This document shows, piece after piece, positions 1 to 11,761 of a stretch of DNA of 48,831 nt (within the stretch, counting starts at the first letter, position 1; the number at the start of each line of letters is the position of its first letter). The stretch is taken from positions 53,446,848 to 53,495,678 of the forward strand of contig NC_068991.1 of the NCBI RefSeq assembly GCF_001194135.2. The letters are read 5' to 3'. The notes beneath the pieces were generated by a model. The model was not told where the DNA came from. It did not search any database and saw only the letters and a list, made by a program, of their open reading frames with translations. The DNA comes from Octopus bimaculoides (taxonomy: Eukaryota). A program made the position numbers and the translations under genes.

Positions 1-232
1 GGCACATAAAAGACACCATTTCGAGCGTGGCCGTTTTCGTGCGGGTGACACGTAAAAGCACCCACTACACTCTCTGAGTGGTTGGCGTTAGGAAGGGCAT
101 CCAGCTGTAGAAACTCTGCCAAATCAGACTGGAGCCTGGTGTTGCCATCCGGTTTCACCAGTCCTCAGTCAAATCGTCCAACCCATGCTAGCATGGAAAG
201 CGGACGTTAAACGATGATGATGATGATGATGA
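1..232 (+). mobile_element. SINE family C (RTE-like 3' tail ending GTTAAAC(GAT)n), cut by window start
   Basis: GGTTGGCGTTAGGAAGGGCATCCAGC core and CATGCTAGCATGGAAAGCGGACGTTAAACGATGATG tail, repeated elsewhere in the window. Confidence 0.8.
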
Positions 233-503
233 ATACAAATCTGCAAAAAAAATTTTCTGAAAATTTCAAAATCTTTTACAAAGTTATGAAGGATTATATG
301 CTGTGTGTAAAGCAGAATTCCATTGGAGAAAAAACTTGTCAGCCTTATCTTAAGCCAAAAAAAGTTGGTGCTCATTCATGGTTTTGGTTTATGATGGCTA
401 AAGCAAATTAAACACCTGATGTTGTGTTTGGTATTCCATTTTCAGTGATGTTATTCCACATGGTCAACTGTCCTTCGACTGGCCAAAGTTATTCCTGAAT
501 ATA

Positions 504-907
504 CAGGAGTGGCTGTGTGGTAAGTAGCTTGCTTACCAACCACATGGTTCCGGGTTCAGTCCCACTGCGTGGCACCTTGGGCAAGTGTCTTCTACTATAG
601 CCTCGGGCCGACCAAAGCCTTGCAAGTGGATTTGGTAGACAGAAACTGAAAGAAGCCCGTCGTATATATGTATATATATATATATGTATGTGTGTGTATA
701 TGTTTGTGTGTCTGTGTTTGTCCCCCCACCATCGCTTGACAACCGATGCTGGTGTGTTTACGTCCCCATAACTTAGTGGTTCGGCAAAAAGAGACCGATA
801 GAATAAGTACTAGGCTTACAAAGAATAAGTCGTGGGGTTGATTTGCTCGACTAAAGGTGGTGCTCCAGCATGGCCGTAGTCAAATGACTGAAACAAGTAA
901 AAGAGAG
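504..907 (+). mobile_element. tRNA-derived SINE family A, full length
   Basis: A-box TGGCTGTGTGG, B-box GGTTCAGTCCC, CCTTGGGCAAG motif, internal (TA)/(TG) microsatellite, GTAAAAGAG tail. At least 10 copies in window. Possibly a published octopus OR/OK SINE, not verified. Confidence 0.85.
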
Positions 908-1017
908 TTATATCTTAATTTTGGTCAAGCTATAATTTCCAAACCACATTTATTCAAAAATTTTTTTACTGTTTTCCTTTATCAATTGAAAATGTTTCAT
1001 TTTATTGTATTCTGCAG

Positions 1018-1202
1018 TTGAAATTAGTTGATCCATCACCTTCAAGGTTTGAACACCTGGTGACGCAAATGAAATGGCGGCTTCAAGAAGGAGAAGGAGA
1101 GGCTATATATGAGATAGGTGTAGAAGACAGTGGAATTTTGGCTGGTTTACCAAAATTAGAACTTGAAGCTTCTCTTAATACTTTGAGGAAGATGGCCAAA
1201 AA
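1018..1202 (+). CDS. GTPBP2: GTPBP2 coding exon 1 in window (5' exons upstream)
   Basis: CAG acceptor 1015-1017, GTAAGT donor 1203. Encodes LKLVDPSPSRFEHLVTQMKWRLQEGEGEAIYEIGVEDSG..., matching the GTPBP2 N-terminal region. Ends phase 2. Confidence 0.95.
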
Positions 1203-1724
1203 GTAAGTTAGTTTTATTTTTGTTTTTCAAGATGTGCCATCTCCCAAACAGTTTATCGAATCAAACTATACAACTATCTGCCAACCAAGTATCAATCCTT
1301 CTTAATATGCAAGGCTCCAGAAATGGTCAATGTCAAAATCTCATAAATTTATTCTCTTTTAGTAGCAAAATCTGTTGCTATATTTTCTTTTGCATTAACT
1401 TTTAAATGTACACATTCACAGACATACTACAATAAATGTCTAGTAATGATGATGACAACGACAACGACGGTGATAAAGTATAAAGAAAATCATATCAGCA
1501 ACAATTGTAATTGATATTATTCAGCTCCTTTGTCTTTTAGGTTAAAAAATATTGGAAAAGAGCTTCCAGATTATTTATGTATCTACTCTACTGCAAGACA
1601 TCTATGTCTGTCCCCTCTATACTCTAGATCTCTTAAATGGCACAAAGCCACACCCCATCAATACTACTCCATCCCTTCTAGTTAAGGGATTCATGTCTTG
1701 CAAGATACTTGGTGACCCTGTAGG

Positions 1725-1936
1725 TACTGGTGCCACATGAAAAGCATGGTGATGATGCCATGTAAAAGCACCTGGTACACTCTGTAAAGTGGTTGGCGTT
1801 AGGAAGGACATCCAGCCATAGAAACCATGCCAAAACAGACTACAGAATCTGGTGTGGCTACTGACCTTGCCAGCTCCTGTTGAACTGTCCATCTCATGCC
1901 AGCATGGAAAACAGACGTTAAATGATGATGATGATG
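1725..1936 (+). mobile_element. SINE family C
   Basis: Same core and (GAT)n tail as 1-232. Confidence 0.8.
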
Positions 1937-2643
1937 ACAATGATAGTGGTGGCAATGAGGAGGAGGAGGAGAACTTCATAAGTATCAACCAAGGATACAA
2001 AAACAATATTCTTAATAAAATTTAAAATGTACTTTTTCTTGCCAAAGGATTTTTAATCCTCTATTTATAATTCTATTATTTATTTATAGCTTTATCTACT
2101 TCAAGTTCAAACGTTAAAAACAAACCATTTAACATCTCATGAAGTTTCTAATTTTTTATGAATGTAAACAACATTGTAATTTATTTTTTCATTTAATTTA
2201 TTGCATTAACATCATGAAATATTACTCACTTTTCTAATGGTGTGCTCAGCTGTACCCCATGGTAACGGCCAGGGCGGTACAGCTGTGGAGAATGGCCAGC
2301 ACAGTTGAGCACACCGTTTATCCTGGGATGTATGGCCCATTGCCCTCCTGCCACTCTATCTTCTGTTGCTTTACACGCCTTTCTTCTTTCTTTTTCTCTA
2401 AGAAGTATATACTCTCTAGACCTAAAAAAAATTCTAGTTAATGATGAATCTATTATTATCCATTTAAAACAACAGTGTACTGTATTGATATTTTTCAAAG
2501 TAATTTTCCTAAAACTCTCCTTTAAATAGAATAATTTTTCTCTAAATTCTAAAACTATACAGCTGCTGATATTTTCTCTTATTGTATCAAAATATTGTAA
2601 AACTATTTCTTTAGAAATTATGTCTTTTAATGTCTTTTGTTAG

Positions 2644-2743
2644 ACTTGGTGCTACTATTACCATCTTGAGAGAACGAGCTGTTGATACAGATTCCAGAAA
2701 AGCTCTACAGATTCTTGTGCGAAAGGTTCCTGATGATCAACAG
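2644..2743 (+). CDS. GTPBP2: GTPBP2 coding exon 2
   Basis: TAG acceptor, GTAGGA donor, 100 nt, phase 2 to 0. Encodes (K)LGATITILRERAVDTDSRKALQILVRKVPDDQQ. Absent from the ORF track. Confidence 0.93.
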
Positions 2744-2849
2744 GTAGGAGACAAAAATTTCTAAAAAAGATGTGTTTTTTTAATATTCTATTTGTTAATG
2801 CTGTAAATTAGTTAAATAATAAATTTGATAGCCATGAGTTAATCTAGAT

Positions 2850-3171
2850 TAGTGGTTCTCAGTCGTAGTCCATATGGCCCCTGAAGGTACATGTAAGATT
2901 TTTGGGGGTCCACAATAGTATTTTAAGGGCCCCTGAAAAAATTTTGCTTTAGATGTATGTATTGGTATGTATTGCAAAAAACAGTTAAGTTTCTTTCTCA
3001 AATGTTTTACATAGTTCAACCTACACAAGTTAATGTATGAATAACAAAATGGGAATTTTGATAGAAGTTTCTATGAAACTAGTTTTTAAACATTGAATGG
3101 CTATGGGGGTTCATCCGAATAAAATAGTTATCAAAGGGGTTCATAGATAAAATAATGATTGAGAAAACCTG
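2850..3171. mobile_element. hAT/Charlie-type MITE
   Basis: Termini TAGTGGTTCTCA...TGAGAAAACCTG. Flanks ATCTAGAT and GTCTAGTT match the NTCTAGAN Charlie target preference (imperfect 8-bp TSD). Confidence 0.7.
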
Positions 3172-3209
3172 GTCTAGTTTCACTATGATGTACAGTCTTT
3201 GTTGTGATG

Positions 3210-3350
3210 TGGTGGCTTGTGACCCTGAGAGCTATGCCAGCAGAGAGCAAGCACCTGGTAGGGCCTCCCATGCTAGATAGGTGAAAGAATAGAGGCCAGA
3301 CTAATATGGATCAACTCTTCCCAGGGGTAAAAGTGGGTTTCCATAGGGCC
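3210..3350 (+). mobile_element. RTE-type LINE 5' UTR remnant
   Basis: GACCCTGAGAGCTATGCC...GGTAGGGCCTCCCATGC resembles RTE 5' UTRs (from memory). Confidence 0.4.
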
Positions 3351-3692
3351 AACATCATCATTGTCATCATCATCATCATCATTGTCATCACCATCATCAC
3401 CATTGTCATCATCATTATCATCATTTAACATCTGTTTTCATGCTGGCATGGGTTGGACAGTTTGATCAGAGCAGGTAACTAGAAAAAGCATAGTTACAGA
3501 AGCGCCAATGATAATTCAAAACCAACACAAACCTGTGAGCAGAAAAGACAGCCCAGACTTGAGAATAGTGGGAAAAAATGTTGTTGATGGCCTATGCTCC
3601 AAAGGGAGTGATTAGCTTAAGTTAGTCTAGTTGCTTTGTGCTATTTAGTTCAGTGTGTCTGTGTTCGATTCTCAAAATACTACAGCTGATTT

Positions 3693-3890
3693 AAGGCAGT
3701 AAGCTGGCAGAGCTATGACCATGCTTAGCAACATTTCTTTTGTCTTTATGTTCTGAGTTCAAATACTGCCAGGGTCAACTTTGCCTTTCATCCTTTCAGG
3801 GTCAATAAAATAGATACCAGCTGAACACTGGAGTTGATGAATTTGACACCCTCCTCAAAATTACTGGCCTTGCATCGAAATTTGAAACCC
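3693..3890 (+). mobile_element. tRNA-derived SINE family B
   Basis: AGCTGGCAG head, GAGTTCAAAT B-box, GCCTTTCATCCTTTC-GGGTC-ATAAA central domain. Confidence 0.75.
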
Positions 3891-4194
3891 ATATGCTGAT
3901 TCATTTGATTATGTTATCTACACTTATAAAATTGTGTTTGTACTGAATTAGATTAGCTTTGCTATTGTTGATGCTTAGTCATCATCGATCTGACCTCTGA
4001 TAAAAAGTATTGCTGCAGTGATTCAGTGACTACCACACATTTTGAATATCAAGAACTATACTGTTCTTCCATTTTTAATATGTTTGTGTTTAATAGGAAG
4101 CAGATTTAGCTGCTATTTCCAGTATATTGAGAGGCTGAGTAGAAGTTGTCTCATTATTTTTATAATAGATTATGACACCATTATCATCATTACT

Positions 4195-4350
4195 ATTTAA
4201 CATTTGTTTTCCAAGTTGGATAGGAGTTGGTGAACCAAAAGGCTGTACCAGGCTCCATTTTCTGTTTTGACATGATTTCTACAGCTAGATGCTCTTCCTA
4301 ATGCCAACCGCTTTACTGTACATTGAGCACTTTTTCTGTGGCACTAACTT
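4195..4350 (-). mobile_element. SINE family C, decayed
   Basis: Reverse complement of the family C core (GATGCTCTTCCTAATGCCAACC). Confidence 0.65.
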
Positions 4351-4535
4351 TAGTGAGGTCATCAAGTAACATTCAAGACAAAACCTAGCCTCAGCTGAAA
4401 GTGGGGAGTAGTATTGAAGGAGATGATTTTGTGCCAGGTGATGAGAGACTATGTGATTGGGAAGCAAGTTTTTTATCACACAGCCATGCCTGTGCCTATA
4501 ATGTTAAGAATATTAATCTATTTTTTATTGTGCAG

Positions 4536-4733
4536 TTTATTGACTTACGCCTCGCAGTTCTTGGTAATGTTGATGCTGGCAAAAGTACATTACTTGGAGT
4601 CCTAACTCAAGGAGAACTCGACAATGGTCAAGGACGTGCTCGATTAAATTTATTCAGGCATTTACATGAAATTCAATCTGGTCGCACTTCAAGCATCAGT
4701 CATGACATCCTGGGATTCAATAATATGGGCCAG
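4536..4733 (+). CDS. GTPBP2: GTPBP2 coding exon 3 (G1 P-loop, switch I)
   Basis: CAG/GTAATT, 198 nt. [55 protein letters not shown]... Confidence 0.97.
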
Positions 4734-5217
4734 GTAATTATAATTACTTTTTTAATTAATCAAATTATTCAAATATTGTTTGTATCAACTTAAATGGCTT
4801 CTAATAAATTATAAACGTTTCATCCAGACATAAAATTTGTATTATTTAATTTCTCTCTCTGAAGACTTTCGAATATGAAATTCTTTTCATGTCTATCTAA
4901 CATGTAAAACTTTGTAATTCCTATCAGTAAATGAAACATTTGTAATGGTGAATAAACAATACCAAAAAATTTCAAATTTTCTGTTTTGTTATATATATAT
5001 ATAGGTCTACATTTTTTGTAAGTGCCAATGCATGAAACTCTCAGACCTTGAGTCACTCTGTTACTTCTACTAATATTAGTAATATATATATATGTAGGAT
5101 TTCTTTTTTCATGTTCACTGTTAATCTCTACTTTTACTTATGATATATTTTTGGCTTTTAGTCAAATAATTCATGTAATGAAGAAATGAAGGAAGCTTGT
5201 GCATGTCTTCTTTGCAG

Positions 5218-5392
5218 GTTGTTAATTACAAGGAAGCCAGGACAGTTGAAGAAATCTGTGAAAACTCAACAAAATTAATTACTCTGATTGATCTTGCTGG
5301 ACACCAAAAATATTTGAAGACAACTATTTTTGGTTTAACTGGTTATTGTCCTGACTGTGCAATGCTTGTGGTCAGTGCAAATACTGGAATGG
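5218..5392 (+). CDS. GTPBP2: GTPBP2 coding exon 4 (G3 DLAGH)
   Basis: CAG/GTAAAT, 175 nt, ends phase 1. [58 protein letters not shown]. Confidence 0.96.
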
Positions 5393-5651
5393 GTAAATTA
5401 ATTTTTTTTTTGTTTACATTTTTTCTTAACTGGAATGTGACATTGTGTGCAGGAAGCTGATTATTTGGCACAGCTGGCAGGACATTAAATTTGTTTTGGA
5501 GACTGTATTTTATGGCCCCTTGGCGGCAAACACGTACATCCCATCACACATGCGTATAAGTATACATGTTACAGCCAGGGTGACTGTGTGGGAGAGAAAG
5601 AGAGAGACACACACACACACATACACACACATTACACATACATATAAACAT

Positions 5652-5880
5652 CAGTGAGCTGGCAGAAACGTTAGCATGCCGGGTGAAATGCTTAGTGGTA
5701 TTTCGTCTGCCGCTATGTTCTGAATTCAAATTCTGCTGAGGTCGACTTTGCCTTTCATCCTTTCGGGGTCGATAAATTAAGTACCAGTTGCACACTGGGG
5801 TCGATGTAATCAACTTAATCCCTTTGTCTATCCTTGTTTGTCCCCTCTATGTTTAGCCCCTTGTGGGCAGTAAAGAAATA
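5652..5880 (+). mobile_element. SINE family B, full length
   Basis: GTGAGCTGGCAGAAACGTTAGC head, B-box, GCCTTTCATCCTTTCGGGGTCGATAAATTAAGTACCAG domain. Confidence 0.85.
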
Positions 5881-5989
5881 TATATGCTCACACATAGAAA
5901 GAGAAAGAGAGAGATATAGTGAGAAAAGAAGAGATGTAATGAGAGAGATAGTGAGAAAGAAAGAGAAGTAATGAGAGAAAATGTGACAG

Positions 5990-6040
<51 letters not shown>

Positions 6041-6505
6041 TTAAAATGTTTGATGTGAAATAAATCAACATTAAATTAGCAATACCCAAATCAGTAGTAC
6101 TAAAATGGCAGTACCAATATATTTTGTACTCTTTCTGAATTACTTTGTTTTTTGTTTTGTTTTTTTCATGTGTCCAGTCAATTTTTATCCTTAGAAATTT
6201 ATTCTTTAAGGTCTATGTAACAAAGTAAATTTCAATGAAGTACTTTGTCTTATCTCATAGATCTAATACTAAACTCTGTTGATATCTTGCTGCATTCATG
6301 TTGGAAAGACAAAGATATATTGATCTTTTGGTGAAAAATTCTTCCCTCTAAATTTCAGGTTTTGTCGACAGTTCTGACAGCTCAGTGCCACATTCCATAA
6401 ATGGATCTCATTCTTAGCATATTTCAACTTCACGGCCAACTGGAATCCAGCAATCTTGTGCATCCTAATGGCTGGGTATTCAGTTATCCATGGTGTTCAG
6501 TTTAA

Positions 6506-6723
6506 CCCTTTAGCATTCAGATTATTCTGTCAAATATAATGCCTATTTATTCGCATTCTTTTGAATTAATCATGCATTATCTCATAGCTTTGAGATTTTG
6601 AGAATGTGATTGTGTCTGGTTTTAGACTGACATTGTAGGGTTGGTGTGAGAGGCTGGATCTGGCCAGTTTTAACTTAAAACAGAATATTTGGGCCTGTTA
6701 TGGTTGGTTTAAATGCTAAAGGG
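6506..6723. mobile_element. piggyBac-type MITE
   Basis: TTAA|CCCTTTAGCATT...AATGCTAAAGGG|TTAA: perfect 12-bp TIR and TTAA TSD. Confidence 0.9.
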
Positions 6724-7094
6724 TTAACTTACTAGACTCAAGCTTTGTGGCACAAACATTTGGTTTCTTAACTAAGTCAACAGCTTCTCAAGAGATACAT
6801 CTTCATCACAAAACCGTTTCATCAAAAAGCAATTGAAATACTGGACAATATAAATATTTCTATTTTAAAGTATTGATTCTCCTGCAAGAATTATATTTGA
6901 AGCCACATAAGACTAAAACCAGCATTCCTTCAGCTGCAAGAAAAATTCATAGAATATCATAATTAAAAATAGTAAACCATTCACCCTAACAATAATTCTA
7001 ATTCAATGTTCTATAGAACATATTCTTGGGATTTTTTTGTAGGTTTCATGTTAGGGTCTAATGATATAAATATTGTACAAGAATGAATGGAGTA

Positions 7095-7225
7095 TAGTGA
7101 TGATGATGATGATAATGTTGATGATGATGATGATGATGATGATGATGTCAGTGATGATAGTAATTATGATGATGATGGTCATGTCAATAATGATGATAAT
7201 AACGATGATGATGATGATGATGATA
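7095..7225. repeat. (ATG)n microsatellite just upstream of the exon 5 acceptor
   Basis: Imperfect ATG/GAT tandem repeat. Confidence 0.95.
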
Positions 7226-7260
7226 TTGATGTGTTTTGCTATATTTTCTTATAATTTCAG

Positions 7261-7477
7261 CTGGTACAACCAAAGAACATTTGGGTTTTGCCCGTGCCCT
7301 TGATGTACCAGTTTTTGTAGTGGTCAGTAAGATTGATATGTGTCCCGAATCTCTTATTGAAAAAACCATTCAACAACTGGAAAAAATCCTCAAATCTCCC
7401 AGCTGTAACAAAGTACCATTCCGAGTGAGCAGTGAAGATGATGCCATTACTGCTGCAACTAATTTTGATTCTCAAAG
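7261..7477 (+). CDS. GTPBP2: GTPBP2 coding exon 5 (G4 SKID)
   Basis: CAG/GTAGGT, 217 nt, phase 1 to 2. (A)GTTKEHLGFARALDVPVFVVVSKIDMCPE...DDAITAATNFDSQ. Confidence 0.95.
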
Positions 7478-7494
7478 GTAGGTACCATGACACA

Positions 7495-7713
7495 TATTGG
7501 TTTCAAATTTTGGCACAAGGCCAGCAATTTCAGGGGAGGGGTTAAGTTAAATACATTGACCCCAGTATTCAACTGGTACTTATTTTACTAACTCTGAAAG
7601 GATGAAAGGCAAAGTTGATCTTGGCAGAATTTGAACCCAGAATGTAAAGTCTGATGAAATTCTGCTAAGCATTTTACTTGGCATGCTAACAATTCTGCCA
7701 GCTTGCCACCTTA
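7495..7713 (-). mobile_element. SINE family B, antisense
   Basis: Reverse complement of family B (GGATGAAAGGCAAAGTTGA...CTGCCAGCTTGCC). Begins about 17 nt after the exon 5 donor. Confidence 0.8.
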
Positions 7714-7756
7714 GGTACCATAACACATATTAACAAACCACACAGTACTGCTTTAA

Positions 7757-7976
7757 CCCCTTAGCATTCAGATTACTCTATCAAATGTAAAGCTTATTTG
7801 TTCACATAGTTTTGAATTAATCATGCATTACTTTATAGCTTTGAGATTTCAACGATATTATTGTTTATTTTCAGAATGACATTGTAGGATAAGTGTGAGA
7901 GCTCAGATCTGGTTAGTTTGAGCATAAAATAGGTAGAATGTTTCAACTGGGCGTGGCTAATTTAATTACTAAAGTA
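7757..7976. mobile_element. piggyBac-type MITE, second copy
   Basis: TTAA|CCCCTTAGCATT, same body as 6506-6723, decayed right TIR (TACTAAAGTA)|TTAA. Confidence 0.8.
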
Positions 7977-8399
7977 TTAATGATATCTCTCACATCTCAC
8001 TCCTCTTTCAAGTTGTGATACCTGTGGGCTTCAATGTCTGTACACAGCTCCTTAGACCTATTGCACTTTTTCCCACACCAATGCTATTGGTGTAGAGACA
8101 AACTGTTTACCATCAGTATCCACATTTACTTGTATTCCTGACAGACATACCAAATACTCTAGATCTCTTTCTCACTGCCTAACTTAGTTTTTATTTAAGC
8201 ACCCTTATATCTGTGACCGTTGAATTTTCTGATTGCTGTCTGATAAAAGCAACAAATTGCACATTCTCTTGTTGCTCAACACTTTTCTCTGATATCTGGT
8301 ACTTTAAGCCAGCTAACTGGTTGGCATTCCTCCAACCCTTTGCTGGCTGCCACTGGCAGTATCTGCTACCATTTATATGTTTTGGGTTCTGGCATTCAT

Positions 8400-8780
8400 C
8401 TTTTTTTTCACTTTTATTTGTTTCAGTCATTAGACTGCAGCCATGCTGGGGCAATGCCTTGAAATTTAGTTGAACTAATTGATCCTAGTACTTATTTCTT
8501 TTTTAAATCTGGTACTTATTCTATCAGTCTCTTTTGCTGAACTGCTAAATTACGGGGATGTAAACACACCAACATTGGTTGTCAAGTGGTGGTGGAGGAC
8601 AAGCAGACACAAAGACACACACACACATACACACCACAAGCTCCTTTCAGTTTCTGTTTTCCAAATCCACTCACAAAGTTATAATAGAAGACACTTGCCC
8701 AAGGTACCATGCAGTGGGACTGAACCCAGAACCATGCAGTTGGGAAGCAAACTTCTTACCACACATCCATGCCTGTGCTT
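8400..8780 (-). mobile_element. SINE family A, antisense
   Basis: Reverse complement of 504-907 with internal (CA)n. Confidence 0.82.
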
Positions 8781-9379
8781 ATTATTTGCAAAGTAATATT
8801 TTCAGGGCATCACTGCCTTCCTTATTCACACAGAGAATGGGCAATAAAAGCTCTCCAAACATTGTAGACTTGTACCTAAACCTTTTGCTATTCGCTGTAG
8901 ATACAATATGTAACTGAAATATTTGAAGTTGTTGATGAGAGTTGTCAATGGCATTATGAGGTGTCTATGAAATATCTGCCAAACAACCTTGATCACACTG
9001 ACAAATCAGAGAAATTAGAGATGGTTGCATCTTTCTCTGGATACGTAAACTGCCTGACAGAATGCATTTGTCTGCTATTGGATTAATCACAAAAAGAACA
9101 ATTGCAATGAATGTTCAGTCCTCACCACCATTTGATGCCTGTTTGCATTCTGATAGGCATGAATTTGTATGCAATGCTTGTCAGCGTTTATGCTATAGTA
9201 TAAGTACTTCTACTTTGACTAACCTGTGTGATGTTCAGTAAAAATAGTGTGTTTGTGTGAATCAGGATGCATTAACAATGAAAGATCAATGATGTGAAAG
9301 ACTGGTGTGTTCTATCTGTATAAAAGACATAGCACTGCAAATGAGGCTCAAAGTGAAACTGAGTATTTAGAGACATTAA

Positions 9380-9704
9380 AAACAAAACAAATAAATCTGG
9401 CACTCCTTGGTTACAATGATGAGTGTTCCAGTTGATCTGATCAACAGAACAGCTTCCTCATGAAATTAATGTGCAAATGACTGAGCACTCAACAAACATG
9501 TCTACCCTTAATGTAGTTCTCAGGGAGATTCAGTGTGACATAGAATGTGACAAGACTGGTCCTTTGAAATACAGGTGCTCCTCATTTTTGCCAGCTGAGT
9601 GGACTGAAGCTATGTGAAATAAAGTGTCTTGCTCAAGGACACAACATGCTGCCCGGAACTCACAGCTATATGATTGAGAGCCAAATACCCTAGCCACTAA
9701 GCCA
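9380..9704 (-). mobile_element. tRNA-derived SINE family D
   Basis: Minus strand TGGCTTAGTGG A-box and TTGTGTCCTTGAGCAAGACACTTT motif. Second copy at 20060-20370. Confidence 0.78.
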
Positions 9705-10476
9705 TTTACGTTCAATTAAAAGACATTAGCCAAATAGTGGAGGAGTGATTTCTGCATTAGTCATTACTGGTCATTCTTACCCTTTTATAACTCAACACTT
9801 CCTTTCATCAAATGGCATGTTTCAAACTCCTCCATGGAGCATTTTTTAAAATACAGAACTAAAAAAAACATTATTTTAACTAAAAAGAGAATCTAATTTA
9901 GTGTTGTGGTTTATTATCCATGTTTAATTTGGAAGCACTAAAACAAAATATTTATATCTTTTGCTTTAATTTTGATAAATATATTCATTTAACAATTTTC
10001 ATTTGCTAATTTAATCATTGCTATTTTAAGAATTGCTGTTTTAATCATTTGCTAATTTAGATATAAAAGAAACATTTTTGAACATTGGAGCTTCATGCAT
10101 CATCAGTCAGGTTTCTGCTCTCTGATAATACAATGTCATACCATTGTCTTAGCAAATATCTTGTGCCTTTTTGTACTACCAACAACTATTACCAATAAAT
10201 GCTAAGTTTACCAATGAACTTCTTTGATATAAAACTTAAAATATCTGAGGAGATAATCTTGCTTTCTTCAGAACCTGATCACTTGTATTATATTTTTGAG
10301 GTCAAACAGCCCAACAGCACGACAAATAAATTCTGATTTCATCACCACTACGTAACTCATTTCCTTCTAATGATTTTTGCCTTAACTTTCTCCATTGGAA
10401 AAAGAAGAATTAAAAAATTTGGTTTGGCAAATGTTGGTCAAATAATTCACCATTTCTTAATTATTTTTACTTCCAG

Positions 10477-10612
10477 CATAATACCGATATTTTCAGTTTC
10501 CAGTGTCACTGGCAAACACTTAGATTTACTCACCACATTTTTGAATGTTGTTCCACCACTACGAAATTTGAAAGAAAGAGAGAAGTGTGTCCAAGATATA
10601 ACAGAATTTCAG
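10477..10612 (+). CDS. GTPBP2: GTPBP2 coding exon 6 (G5 SSVTG)
   Basis: CAG/GTAAAT, 136 nt, phase 2 to 0. (S)IIPIFSVSSVTGKHLDLLTTFLNVVPPL...ITEFQ. Confidence 0.94.
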
Positions 10613-10929
10613 GTAAATATTACTGCACATAAAGATTCATGTTTGTTATTATTAAATAATTAGCATTTATTTTATTTATATATATATGTATATATAATTA
10701 TATATATATATCTTTTATCTATATATATATCTATCTGTCAGTCTGCCTGTCTCTCTGTCTTCCTACCAACCTACCGATCTGCCTGCTTGCCTACCTGTCT
10801 GTTTGTCTGTCAGTCTGTCTGTCCATCTGTTTGTTTATATATATATGTATCGGACGAAAGTGCTAATAAAGGATTATCCAAAATTCTGACTGCCTCCTTC
10901 TTCTTAATATATATACATATATGTATGTA

Positions 10930-11275
10930 TAAGGTGAGCTGAAAGAATCATTATCATGCCGAACAAAATGCTAGGCAGCATTCTGTCCATCTTTACATTC
11001 TGAGTTCAAATTCTCCTGAGGTTGACTTTGCTATTCATCTCTTCAGGGTCGATAAGAATAAGCACCAGTTGAGCAGTGGGGTCAATGTAATAGATTAATT
11101 ACCTCCCCCAAAATTTCAGGCCTTGTGCCTATAGTAGAAAAAAAATTATAAATAAGGCAGAATTGTTTGCACACAGGACAAAATGCTTAGAGCCATTTCT
11201 TCTGGCTTTTTACATTCCGAGTTTAGATCCTGCTGAGGTCAACTTTACCTTTCATCCTATTGGGCTGAAACGCAT
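10930..11275 (+). mobile_element. Two adjacent SINE family B copies (second partial)
   Basis: Family B head, B-box and central domain present twice. Confidence 0.72.
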
Positions 11276-11524
11276 TAAAGATAAAAGAAAAGTTGCAAGC
11301 GAGGTTAAACTGCTGACATGCCTGGCAAACAAGTGTCCAATACAGATCTGATTGTCTTGGAGCTAGTGTAGCAGGAGTTATCTCCCATTTCCAATAAATA
11401 TCGTGTGTGAGACGTTCACTTAATATGTGTATATATANNNNNNNNNNNNNNNNNNNNNNNNNNNNNNNNNNNNNNNNNNNNNNNNNNNNNNNNNNNNNNN
11501 NNNNNNNNNNNNNNNNNNNNNNNN

Positions 11525-11761
11525 CTAGTATTATAACCCGATTTCATTCGGGTCTACTCAGGCCACATTTTAAAGATGAGGAATTTTACCCTAGCGGCTA
11601 CGCCTTTCAATTGAGCAAGCTCAAAGTTGCCATGCAAACTCCCCAGCACTTTTAACATAGGTGTGCAAATTTTCAGGTTAATCCGACCACATTTACTAAC
11701 ACTTTTGCCTGCACAACTGCTTGTGAGACAACGTCCGCCCTTTTCACAAATATATAGCAGA
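11525..11761 (-). mobile_element. Non-autonomous Helitron
   Basis: Minus strand: A|TCTGCTATATAT 5' end, and 3' hairpin ACCCGA-atgaaa-TCGGGT 7 nt before terminal CTAG. The 3' flank is an N gap. Confidence 0.75.

Noticed and set aside
504-580. tRNA gene
   Set aside because: A/B boxes belong to a SINE head. No complete cloverleaf, and the same head is repeated with SINE bodies.
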